From Fibrobacteria bacterium (GTDB lineage: Bacteria; Fibrobacterota; Chitinivibrionia; Chitinivibrionales; FEN-1185), in NCBI GenBank assembly GCA_037447435.1, contig JBBIGR010000003.1:140443-204442 (forward strand): a stretch of 64,000 nucleotides of DNA, read 5' to 3'. How positions within the stretch are numbered: the stretch's first letter is position 1; each line of letters begins with the position of its first letter. A program made the position numbers and the translations under genes. This document shows positions 39,438-48,663 of this stretch, piece by piece. The notes below the pieces were generated by a model. It saw only the letters and a program-made list of their open reading frames with translations, made no database searches and had not been told where the DNA came from.

Positions 39438-40692
39438 ATATTCGATTCTTATCGGCCTTGCATTTTTGCTTTCGTTAACGGCCAAATGTACCACGACGAG
39501 TCCTCTTGCCGGAGGTACCGAAAACGGTGAAGCAAAAATCGCAGGAGTTATTTACAATATGGACGAAACAACCCCGGCGAGCGGGGCCGTCGTCACGCTG
39601 CTTCCTGCCGACCAAAAGCCGCTTGACAGCACTCAGGTCGTGTTCGTCGATACTGCCGACAAACAAGGCAATTTCCTTTTTGCAATTCCCGGGAAAATTT
39701 ACAACGGCATTGCTTTTAATTGTTTTGCGAAATTGCAAGGAAAGGTTTCGTTTAGGAACTCGATTGTCGCGCGGACCGATAGCACCGTTATTGTTCCGAC
39801 AGTGTCGTTATTAAATCCGGGATCGATTTCGGGGAAAATACAATTGATGGGTACGGACGATGCTCGTCGTATTCGTATTTCTGTTATCGGTAGTCAAATA
39901 GCAGTTTCATGCTCCGATTCAATGGGGACTTTCAGACTCGATTCTCTTGCGCAAGGAACTTATGCGGTTAATATCTCGGACACGCTGAACGGTTATGTGC
40001 CCTACGACACCATCATAGCAGTTTCCGCAGGTATTGTTACCGTTATTTCCCAATCGATCATATTGACGCCGGTTACATTCTTGCTCGACAATTTTGATGA
40101 TGGTGACGGGTTTTCTCTGGCTAACTCCGTTTTGACCAATAGTGCGTGGTACGCCTGGAACGATTCGATTAACGGCGGAAAGTCAACCGTAACTCCCGCC
40201 TCGGTTATAAGCAATTTTGCAACGTGCATTACCGATGTGGGTGCGTATAGAGGAAAAAGCGTTCATTGTACTTTTGTTCTTGATAAAGTGTATCCGACAC
40301 CCAGCGAAGGATTTACTTGTGTCTTGGCCCCTCAAAACGGGTATGTGGATTTTACTCAGCTTAAAAGTGTGTCGTTTTATATTCAAGGGAAAGATTCTGT
40401 CAGAGTAAGCTTTACGTCAAAGAAAGTTTCGGATTTCCCCGCGGGCCGTAACTGGGGCCAACTCGGTGCGGTCGTTGCTTGTCCCCCGACGTGGCAAAAA
40501 GTGACTGTGCCGGTATCGTTATTGAAGCCGCAACCCTATTCTGTGCAAGACTCATTGCATATGACGTGGAATATGGTGCGGGACTCCGTGGACAGGTTAG
40601 TTTTTGGAACAGAAGGAGCACGAGGCGATACGGTTGATGTGTGGCTCGACAATATCACTTTTGAGGGAATGCCTGCCTCGAGTTTCAAGTAA
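39418..40692 (+). CDS. Probable lipoprotein: carboxypeptidase-regulatory-like repeats + CBM11-like domain
   Basis: Signal ending LTAKC then AGGTENG; PGSISG; LLDNFDDG...DFTQLKSVSFYIQG...VWLDNITFEG; overlaps the TIGR02147 gene by 20 nt. Confidence 0.75.
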   Translation: MKLNQIKYSILIGLAFLLSLTAKCTTTSPLAGGTENGEAKIAGVIYNMDETTPASGAVVTLLPADQKPLDSTQVVFVDTADKQGNFLFAIPGKIYNGIAFNCFAKLQGKVSFRNSIVARTDSTVIVPTVSLLNPGSISGKIQLMGTDDARRIRISVIGSQIAVSCSDSMGTFRLDSLAQGTYAVNISDTLNGYVPYDTIIAVSAGIVTVISQSIILTPVTFLLDNFDDGDGFSLANSVLTNSAWYAWNDSINGGKSTVTPASVISNFATCITDVGAYRGKSVHCTFVLDKVYPTPSEGFTCVLAPQNGYVDFTQLKSVSFYIQGKDSVRVSFTSKKVSDFPAGRNWGQLGAVVACPPTWQKVTVPVSLLKPQPYSVQDSLHMTWNMVRDSVDRLVFGTEGARGDTVDVWLDNITFEGMPASSFK

Positions 40693-40702
40693 GGGAATTT
40701 TA

Positions 40703-40745
40703 TTTCCGGCAAAGCATTCTGTTGCTTTGCCGGAAAATTTTACTT
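40703..40745 (+). terminator. Hairpin after the lipoprotein gene
   Basis: TTTCCGGCAAAGCA-ttctgt-TGCTTTGCCGGAAA followed by a T-rich stretch. Confidence 0.7.
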
Positions 40746-40868
40746 AGGGTGATATAGGCTTTAAAAATTCTTCATGTCCTTGAATTTACGCACGCCTGGT
40801 CTTGTGAAAAATAATAATCCAGCCAAAATGCTGTTCTCTAATCTCTCTGCGCAGGTCGCAAACGTATT

Positions 40869-40885
40869 GTATTCTAATGGAACAC
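40869..40885. promoter_or_regulatory. Candidate regulator site, copy 2
   Basis: GTATTC-taatg-GAACAC; TG-t-TATATT at 40933-40941; second GAATAC at 40978. Confidence 0.7.
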
Positions 40886-41101
40886 GGAATAATAGTTAGA
40901 CCTATGATTTTAAAAGAAAAATAGATAAATATTGTTATATTGCATATAAGCATAATGAAAAAAAACTGTTTGAAATAGAATACGTTTCGCAGTTTGCATT
41001 CTTTTGCTTAGACTCAGACTCACAATTTTATTACCCGAAAATTTACGGAGTATTTTCTAAATAGTAAACCCTATTTAAGGGGTTAAAACAGGAAAAAAAA
41101 T

Positions 41102-44100
41102 ATGAGCTATGTTACGAATAGCCGTGCATGCTTGTTGCTTATTGCTTTTTGCGCATTAGCAAGTTCCCTCTTCGCTCAAACGCTTGTTTCCAGAAATACA
41201 GCTTGGAACGATTCTGTAAGAGTGATTGTTATCTGGAACAGCGGAACAGGCGGCGGACCTCCGGATATGCCGACAGGATGGAACCCGGCAGTCGGTGAAA
41301 TCGGAAACGACACTAAAAACTTTGTCCAGAAAAGTTTAAAATTATTAAATCAAAATAATATTAAATATTATACCGGCTCAGATGCAACCTGGAATTCGAT
41401 CAATTCATTTGATGATCTTAAAAACGCAGCTTTTGGCGGGAAATTGCCGCATGTTATCGTGTATGTCAATGCCGGATGGACTTGGGATCAGGTGGCAGGT
41501 ACCAAATCGCATGATCCTTATGCAGTTATTAAACAGGCTACCGATGCCGGAGTCGGTATTGTTGCAGTTGGTGATGATGCGGCATATGACGCAATACAGA
41601 TCCCATCATTCCCGCTGACCGGACCAACCGGTTCCGGAGCTCCTATTCAGTATCAATGGCCTATGAACGGGGCCAATAGTGGAAAATTATGGATAGCTTT
41701 AGACAAGCAAGAAGACTTTAATTTGCCCGACGGCGGGCTTCTTTTCGGAACCGCTCCAGACACAATGTGGTTTAAGGATTGGCAAGTAGGCGGTCGCGGT
41801 CAATCGGATGCCGATGCCTGGTCTGTAAATCCCGCTCAGCTCGATAATTATTCTTTTGTTGGATTTCAACAAATGGATGAAAACGGAGGCGTTTACGGCT
41901 CGCTGACCGATACAATCAATAAACCCCAAATATTGTTCAATGCATTGGCAGCTTTACAGGCCGGCAATCACCGCATCGTTATGATTGATTATCAACCGCA
42001 ATATCTTGCCGATACAATCATGTCGGAGCAGGTGGTATATAACTCCGTATTCTGGGCTTCCAAGGCCCACGAAGTTCTCAAAATCCCGATGCCTATAGCA
42101 AATCCGGCGTCCGGAGCACTTCAGATCGGAAGCAGGATATCGCTTCATGTGGCTCTGGCAAATACGAGCCTTTACAAAATATATTATTCGATAAACGGTA
42201 CCGCCCCTGTAATTTATACCGATTCGATACATGTCACAAATGGTCAACCTATAAACCTTAAGGCATTCGCGATATCCACGAATCCGCAAAATTGGCTGAA
42301 CAGCGATACGCTCATCACGAGTTATACGGTTACCGTTCCCAAGATTCCAACACCAACCGTAAATCCGGCATCAGGAGTGGTGCCTTTGGGAAGTTCAATA
42401 ACCATAAAAGACTCCCTCGCCAACACTGGTCTTTACACAATATACTATTCTGTAAACGGTGCAATGCCGGTCAAGGGCGAGTCCGTTCCTGTCAATAGTG
42501 CTCAGCCGTTTACTCTGAAGGCCTTTGCCGTTTCCGCAAATCCGCAAACATTGTTGAACAGCGATACCGTAACAGCAAGTTACACGGTAAGCCTGATAAG
42601 CATTTCTGCGATTCCCGGTGACGGTACGAAATTCGGACCGGATACAAGCGTTACATTGATAGCCAGCGCTGCCGATGCGAAAATTTACTATACCCTGGAC
42701 GGTTCAGTCCCCGACAGTACCAAATCACCCTATACCGGCCCGATACTAATCAATAAATCGTGTACGATAAAGGCCATCGCATACAAAGCCGCGATGTTGC
42801 CGGCCACCGGTTCATGGAGCTATATCCAACGCGTACCAATCAGTAATCTACTCAACGACCAAACTTTTTTCATTAAGGAAAAGTCGCCGGCCGGCGCTGC
42901 GGTCGGTACCGTCGTATTGCAAGTGCCGGATTCAATCCATGTCGCTTTTACTCAGATAACGTCAGTTCCGGAGTTTACTTTTGATCCTGCTACCAGGAAA
43001 ATAACGGTTACATCTGGCGCAGTGCTTAATTACGATACGAAAAGCTCGTATTTTTTTAAGCTCGCTTCTTATGCGACAAATGCCTATTCCCTGATAGACA
43101 CGGCGACGGTCACCATACGGCTTTTGGCCGATTCTCTTATTCCTGCCACTGCGACGCTCCTTGACACGAATCATAACGGTCATCTTGATGAAATAGACAT
43201 CAAATGGACCGATACGTCGGCTATGAAATCCGTGCTGCCTGCGGTTGGCGATTTAGTTCAGGCGTTGAGTCTGATTACCTTGGACAAACAAAATGATGTG
43301 CTTCATGCCATTGCGCTGTTGCCCGATTTTTCAAATAAGACCATCCGCATTATTCTCCAGGAAAACACCCAATTTTGGGAAACCGGATGGGATTCTGCAA
43401 AGGTAAATCTGAGTACCGTATCGGTAAGCGTCAAAGGCGGCTATTTTCAATTGAATGGAATAATAGACGGTGCATTGCCTATTATTACCGGCGCATGCTA
43501 CTTACCGGGAGAAAAGGCGGATACTCTTGACGTATCGTTCAGCGAGCCCCCGGACGCCGCAACTGCTGCAGCGTATTTGCAGAATATAAAAATCGGTTCC
43601 AAAAGCGGAGAAAAGTCGCTGGCCGTTTTGGGCGCGGCACAATCCAGAATACTAAAAAGTCAAATCCTGTATGTTGCTCCAGCCGGTGCAATATCGCCGT
43701 ATGATAACAGCGCGTATCTATCATTCGCAAACGGTCCGCCCAGTCCTGCGGTCGTCATCGATTATTGCCATCCGCTTCCGCTTATCGTTACGTCAAAAGC
43801 CGGACCAAATCCGTTTGATCCGAATACCGCAGTGCCTCCGGGACGTCATGATGGGGATCCCCTTCACGGGATACGGATAGAAATTCTATTAAACAGCTCG
43901 AATACATCTTCGGTAGGCGGAGACAACCGTCCCGCAACATGCAGCATATTCGATGCGGTCGGCAATGTTGTCATGAACGAAGTCGGTTTGAAACCAGATC
44001 CTCTTTCGGTGCGGAAGAAATATCTCATTTGGGACGGAAAGAACAAAAACGGAATGATCGTTGCGGGCGGTACGTATTTGGCACGCGTAACCACCGAGGA

Positions 44101-44161
44101 TAAAAAAACCGGAAGTAAAGTAGTCAAACAGATATTACTCGGCGTAAAAACGGTAAAATAA
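41102..44161 (+). CDS. Large secreted surface protein: unknown N-domain, three chitobiase/Fn3-associated repeats, cadherin-like domain, FlgD/type-B-like tail
   Basis: IYYSINGT, IYYSVNG, IYYTLDGSVP..IKAIA; IKEKSPAG..LNYDTK; DTNHNGHLD; GPNPF..WDGKNKNG..GTYL. Confidence 0.8.
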   Translation: MSYVTNSRACLLLIAFCALASSLFAQTLVSRNTAWNDSVRVIVIWNSGTGGGPPDMPTGWNPAVGEIGNDTKNFVQKSLKLLNQNNIKYYTGSDATWNSINSFDDLKNAAFGGKLPHVIVYVNAGWTWDQVAGTKSHDPYAVIKQATDAGVGIVAVGDDAAYDAIQIPSFPLTGPTGSGAPIQYQWPMNGANSGKLWIALDKQEDFNLPDGGLLFGTAPDTMWFKDWQVGGRGQSDADAWSVNPAQLDNYSFVGFQQMDENGGVYGSLTDTINKPQILFNALAALQAGNHRIVMIDYQPQYLADTIMSEQVVYNSVFWASKAHEVLKIPMPIANPASGALQIGSRISLHVALANTSLYKIYYSINGTAPVIYTDSIHVTNGQPINLKAFAISTNPQNWLNSDTLITSYTVTVPKIPTPTVNPASGVVPLGSSITIKDSLANTGLYTIYYSVNGAMPVKGESVPVNSAQPFTLKAFAVSANPQTLLNSDTVTASYTVSLISISAIPGDGTKFGPDTSVTLIASAADAKIYYTLDGSVPDSTKSPYTGPILINKSCTIKAIAYKAAMLPATGSWSYIQRVPISNLLNDQTFFIKEKSPAGAAVGTVVLQVPDSIHVAFTQITSVPEFTFDPATRKITVTSGAVLNYDTKSSYFFKLASYATNAYSLIDTATVTIRLLADSLIPATATLLDTNHNGHLDEIDIKWTDTSAMKSVLPAVGDLVQALSLITLDKQNDVLHAIALLPDFSNKTIRIILQENTQFWETGWDSAKVNLSTVSVSVKGGYFQLNGIIDGALPIITGACYLPGEKADTLDVSFSEPPDAATAAAYLQNIKIGSKSGEKSLAVLGAAQSRILKSQILYVAPAGAISPYDNSAYLSFANGPPSPAVVIDYCHPLPLIVTSKAGPNPFDPNTAVPPGRHDGDPLHGIRIEILLNSSNTSSVGGDNRPATCSIFDAVGNVVMNEVGLKPDPLSVRKKYLIWDGKNKNGMIVAGGTYLARVTTEDKKTGSKVVKQILLGVKTVK

Positions 44162-44177
44162 TATTAAGGATTTCATA

Positions 44178-46472
44178 ATGATAAAGCTGAAACAAATCGT
44201 CGGTTTTGCGGTTTTTATCATCCTCGCAACAGGGGAACTATCGCCTGTTCGCGCCGACGGGTTGCAGGGTGAATTTTTAAGCACCCAATACTGGCGAGAC
44301 CTTTTGTCTCGCTATTCGCCGCTCACCAACCCGGCATTTTTGACAGAAGAAAACTACGTTACCATACGAGGCGCCGAAGCGTTGGTTATGCAAACCTTTA
44401 ATCTGACCGAAGTCGGGGTTACGGTGCCGGTGGGTTTATATGAATCCTGGGGATTATCGTATTTCGGCCAGGGTGTGGGGCAAATCCAATCCGCGATTAA
44501 CGACGTTGCCGGCGACAGCATAAAAGAACTCGGCCAAACGCTTTCCGATGCAAAGCATTATTTCATGCTCTCATATGCCAATAACCTTTGGGGAGGTCTT
44601 AGCTTGGGAGCAAATGCGACATTTTCGTATGAAACTAATTTTTCGGATCCGGTCATGAGCTCGGCAATTGATATCGGTCTTTCATACCGTTTGGTAAGGG
44701 ACCCGGTATTCGGCGAGCATTTGCTCGGTCTTTCGATGCAAAACATCCTTTCCCCGTTTGATTTCGGCAAACTCAGCTATTCCAATAATGTAAAGCTTGC
44801 GTGGCTCGGGTATTATTTCGACAGACAACTCGAAAGCGGATTCGAAATCGATTCAAAGAATATTTACAACTCCCTATTCAGGGACAAAGACCCGACGCAT
44901 ATGGAATTCACCTATGCCGCTCGTCTTGGCGCCTGGGTTTTGCGGTTTCTGAATATTTATGCGCAAATCGGCTCAAATTATTTCGGCTTTGCCGGTGGCG
45001 TCAATGTTCCGCAGTTCAATGATGGAAGAGACATGTCGTTTTTGTATCAATACATCAATAGGACCGATGCGACCGCCGACGCGATTCATTCAGTGTATAT
45101 GCGCATACAATTCGGCCCGCATAGGGAAGAGGTGTATGCGAAGCAAATGGCCCATTTTGTCGATGTCGGGCCGAATGATCTTTACATCAAAGCATGCAAG
45201 CTGTACTATGCGGGAAACTTTTGGGATGCGTTTTTTACGTTCGGCCAAATCGCGGTTCAATACCCGAGCTTTTTTAAAAACGATCAGGTCGCCTATTATA
45301 AAGCATCGTGTTTGGAAAATCTTGATATGCGAAATGAAGCCGAACTAAGTTACAAGAAAACGGAACAGGATTTCCCCAAAAGCATTGTTGTGCCGCATGT
45401 GGATTTGGGCCTCATGCGCATTGCGTACCGTAACGACGACTATCAGTCGGTGTATGATAAATTCCAGTCTCTGAACAGTTCGGAAATTCCCGATTCGCTT
45501 AAGTATCACGCTTATTATTTGATGGGCGAATCATATTTCAAAAAAAAGAATTACACGCAGGCCAGCAAGCTTTTATCTCTCATACCGGAAACGCATGAGC
45601 AATACGTTTTTGCGCAACATTCCAAAGCAATTATCCATATCCTATCGTCGGAAACCGACAGCGCTATTGCGACTCTGGGCAATTGCGTCCAGGCAATTGC
45701 GTTGACAGATGCTCAAAAGGAAATCGTCAACAGGTCCTACGTAATATTAGGGTATCTTTTTTACGGACAGAACGAAATGTCGAAGGCGGTGTCCTCGTTA
45801 CGCGCCGTGCAAAAAAACAGCTATTATTATGAAGACGCTTTATTGGGCCTTTGCTGGTCGGCCTTGCGCGCCCGTCAATGGAACGACTGTATAACAAACG
45901 GGCAGGAACTTCAAAAGATCAGCAACAAGCTTCCCGTAAAATGCGATGCCTCACTTATTGAGGGATACGGTAATCTAATGCTTAAAAATTATAAACAGGC
46001 AACGAGCATATTGTCGGCAGCTTCGGAAAAAGCCAAGGCATTAAAATCGCCGCCGGCCGATTCCATGGATGCGAAGCGCAAAGCATACAAGAATAATCGA
46101 AACGATTACAACGGATTGGCAATTTCGGTGGAAAAAATCGCCCAGGAATTGCAATCGTTATCCGTCATTAAACGAATCGATAGTTTGCATGCGCAGCAGG
46201 AATCGAAGAAAAAGTCCATAGACGGTTTCCTTTCATTTCAAAATGAATTCGGCCGCCAGGCTTTCTTTGCCAGAAACAGCGATGTTATTAAAAACGACAT
46301 CGATTACACGCTTGCCATTTCGCAAAAAACATCCAGGGAATCTCCGAGTGCCGAAGTGCAGAAACAGGCTGAAAGCAAGCAAAAGGAAATCGATGAAAAA
46401 ATTAACAAATTAAAAAAGGATTTGGGAAAGCTGAATAACGCACCGGACTCAAACACTGTTGCGCCAAAATGA
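44178..46472 (+). CDS. PorV/PorP-like beta-barrel fused to TPR repeats and a coiled coil
   Basis: Signal peptide, TNPAFL, LSLGAN, IDIGLSY; TPR-like helices (AYYLMGESYFKKKNY, ALLGLCWS). Confidence 0.65.
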   Translation: MIKLKQIVGFAVFIILATGELSPVRADGLQGEFLSTQYWRDLLSRYSPLTNPAFLTEENYVTIRGAEALVMQTFNLTEVGVTVPVGLYESWGLSYFGQGVGQIQSAINDVAGDSIKELGQTLSDAKHYFMLSYANNLWGGLSLGANATFSYETNFSDPVMSSAIDIGLSYRLVRDPVFGEHLLGLSMQNILSPFDFGKLSYSNNVKLAWLGYYFDRQLESGFEIDSKNIYNSLFRDKDPTHMEFTYAARLGAWVLRFLNIYAQIGSNYFGFAGGVNVPQFNDGRDMSFLYQYINRTDATADAIHSVYMRIQFGPHREEVYAKQMAHFVDVGPNDLYIKACKLYYAGNFWDAFFTFGQIAVQYPSFFKNDQVAYYKASCLENLDMRNEAELSYKKTEQDFPKSIVVPHVDLGLMRIAYRNDDYQSVYDKFQSLNSSEIPDSLKYHAYYLMGESYFKKKNYTQASKLLSLIPETHEQYVFAQHSKAIIHILSSETDSAIATLGNCVQAIALTDAQKEIVNRSYVILGYLFYGQNEMSKAVSSLRAVQKNSYYYEDALLGLCWSALRARQWNDCITNGQELQKISNKLPVKCDASLIEGYGNLMLKNYKQATSILSAASEKAKALKSPPADSMDAKRKAYKNNRNDYNGLAISVEKIAQELQSLSVIKRIDSLHAQQESKKKSIDGFLSFQNEFGRQAFFARNSDVIKNDIDYTLAISQKTSRESPSAEVQKQAESKQKEIDEKINKLKKDLGKLNNAPDSNTVAPK

Positions 46473-46582
46473 AATTAATGTAATGACCTAACCGTAATAA
46501 CGACGGTATAAAGAAATAGTTACAGTTCCGAAATAATGGTATAATTCTACTATAAGAAGTAAATTTTATGAAGGTGGTCCCT

Positions 46583-47854
46583 ATGAAAAAGAGTGTGTTT
46601 TTTGTCAATTTAATCGCTTTAATTGTTGCTTTTGTTCAACCGTGTAATGCAATTACTCCCTGGCTCCATGTGGAAGGCAATCAATTGAAAGATTCAGCAG
46701 GAAATCAGGTTGTTCTTCACGGTGTTTCGTTTAGGGAAATTTCCTGGGGTGGCCTCAATGTAAATTCGCTATTGGATAAGATCACCAATGCAAATGATAA
46801 AGCCTCCCATTCGCCCGGTTGGTATACGCGATTGGTGCGAATGCCGATTGACCCTGGGACGAGCGATTGGAACCAATACAATCAGAATGTAATAAAACCT
46901 GCAGTCGATTATGCAACGCAAAAAGGCCTGTATGTGATTCTTGATCTTCATTATGTCGATGAAACGACCAATAACGTAAACAATACCAATAACTGCTGGC
47001 GCACGCTCGCCCCATTTTATAAAAATTATCCCAATGTCATATTTGAGCCGTATAACGAACCGATAAATTTACATGGAGATCAATCTTGGACACTTTTCAA
47101 ACCCATCATGCAGGCGTGGGTAGACACTATCCGTAGATATGCGCCCAGGAATATTATTTTTGCCGGTAGTCCGCAATGGGATCAAATTATGGGTGATGCG
47201 GACACCGATTCCCTTACAGGCGGGAATATCGTTTACGTGATCCATATGTATGCAAGACAGTGGGCTGTTCAGTCGATTCGCGATCAAGTTTTGAAATGTG
47301 TGGCCGCCCATCCTATGGTCTGTACGGAATGGGGGTATCAAACAGGTTGGGATGCTGCCAATGAACCGAATGAATCCACGTCCGGATATGGAAGGCCGCT
47401 TTTAACGTGGTTTGATTCGCTTAAGATAAGCTGGACCGCTTGGTGTGCCGACAATACATGGTATCCGATAATGTTCGACGGCGGTTGGAACTTGCTTGTT
47501 GATGATAATACTCAAATGGGCGGATTTGTCAAGGATTGGTTATATACCTATCGGGATAGTCTGCAACCGTCGAATACACCGCCACCGGTCAATGTTGTTT
47601 CCGGGATTAAACAGGAGCATTCAAGTGCGGTTATGGTCCTTAATGAACATGAGGGGGTTCTCAACATTATTATGCCAACGGGCAATCGTTACCGTGCCCG
47701 AATCATCGGATTAAACGGCAAAATAGTTGCGCAGCGCATTTCCGAGGGCGGCACCGTGACGATAAATACGGCTAAATTGCTCAGTGGCTGCTACGTTGTT
47801 TCTGTAAAATCAAATGATTTATCGGAAGAGGAACACCGTATCTGGATAAAGTAG
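46583..47854 (+). CDS. GH5 glycoside hydrolase with sorting tail
   Basis: LHVEGNQL, VILDLH, FEPYNEP, IHMY, CTEWG, SWTAW; tail IGLNGK..SGCYVV. Confidence 0.9.
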   Translation: MKKSVFFVNLIALIVAFVQPCNAITPWLHVEGNQLKDSAGNQVVLHGVSFREISWGGLNVNSLLDKITNANDKASHSPGWYTRLVRMPIDPGTSDWNQYNQNVIKPAVDYATQKGLYVILDLHYVDETTNNVNNTNNCWRTLAPFYKNYPNVIFEPYNEPINLHGDQSWTLFKPIMQAWVDTIRRYAPRNIIFAGSPQWDQIMGDADTDSLTGGNIVYVIHMYARQWAVQSIRDQVLKCVAAHPMVCTEWGYQTGWDAANEPNESTSGYGRPLLTWFDSLKISWTAWCADNTWYPIMFDGGWNLLVDDNTQMGGFVKDWLYTYRDSLQPSNTPPPVNVVSGIKQEHSSAVMVLNEHEGVLNIIMPTGNRYRARIIGLNGKIVAQRISEGGTVTINTAKLLSGCYVVSVKSNDLSEEEHRIWIK

Positions 47855-47903
47855 AGAAGACCTGCTGCGAAAAAAAGTTGGCATATCATAACATTTCGAT
47901 ACG

Positions 47904-47937
47904 ATGATTTGCCTCTGATAATACAGAGGCAAATCAT
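47904..47937. terminator. Hairpin between convergent genes
   Basis: ATGATTTGCCTCTG-ataata-CAGAGGCAAATCAT. Confidence 0.75.
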
Positions 47938-47947
47938 AAAAACATAT

Positions 47948-48544
47948 TTATTTTTTACGCTCTGCCCAGGCTTCGATGGTCGCGCGTGCCAATGTATGCG
48001 TAAACAGGTTAAACCCAAGAATTGCCGGTGTGGCATTTTTTGCAAGAGCCAGCGTCGCAACATCGACGGCATGTACGGTAATAAAATAATGATGTTTGCC
48101 ATGTCCGATCGGGGGAGCTGCTCCGGCGAATTGGGCCAATCCCGCATCATTGGGCAATTGAATGGCGTCTTTGGGGAGTAGCGCGGAATTTGCCACGCCT
48201 GCTCCTGAAGGTATACTTGTTACTGTTGCCGGAATATCAAGAACCGCCCAATGCCAGAATCCGCTCATTGTGGGTGCATCGGGATCGTAAACCGTGATTG
48301 CAAAACTTTTCGTTTCTTTGGGAAATCCGCTCCAGGACAATTGCGGTGAAACATCTTGTCCGCCTGCACCAAAAATTCCGCTCATTTGCGCAATGGAAAA
48401 AGGCTGACCCTCTTTTACGTCGGTACTTGTAACGGTGAAAGACTTCGCCTTTGGTAAATGATCGAAAGGGGTCGCCTCCTTTGGTGCCGAAATGGCAAGG
48501 TGAGCCAAGAATCCGATGGTCATGAAGCTTGTACAAACCTTCAT
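47948..48544 (-). CDS. YbhB/YbcL (PEBP) family protein
   Basis: SPQLSWS, YDPDAPT.SGFWHW, GAAPP.GHG.HHY. Confidence 0.92.
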   Translation of the reverse strand: MKVCTSFMTIGFLAHLAISAPKEATPFDHLPKAKSFTVTSTDVKEGQPFSIAQMSGIFGAGGQDVSPQLSWSGFPKETKSFAITVYDPDAPTMSGFWHWAVLDIPATVTSIPSGAGVANSALLPKDAIQLPNDAGLAQFAGAAPPIGHGKHHYFITVHAVDVATLALAKNATPAILGFNLFTHTLARATIEAWAERKK

Positions 48545-48663
48545 CCTCAGTCTCCTTTGTTAAATTTAATGAAAAAAGGTGCGCTTCCTAAAAAGAAAAC
48601 GCGCCTTTTATATTTAAAAACTATCGTGAACGTTTTATGTTATGCAAACGGCTTTGCCATACG

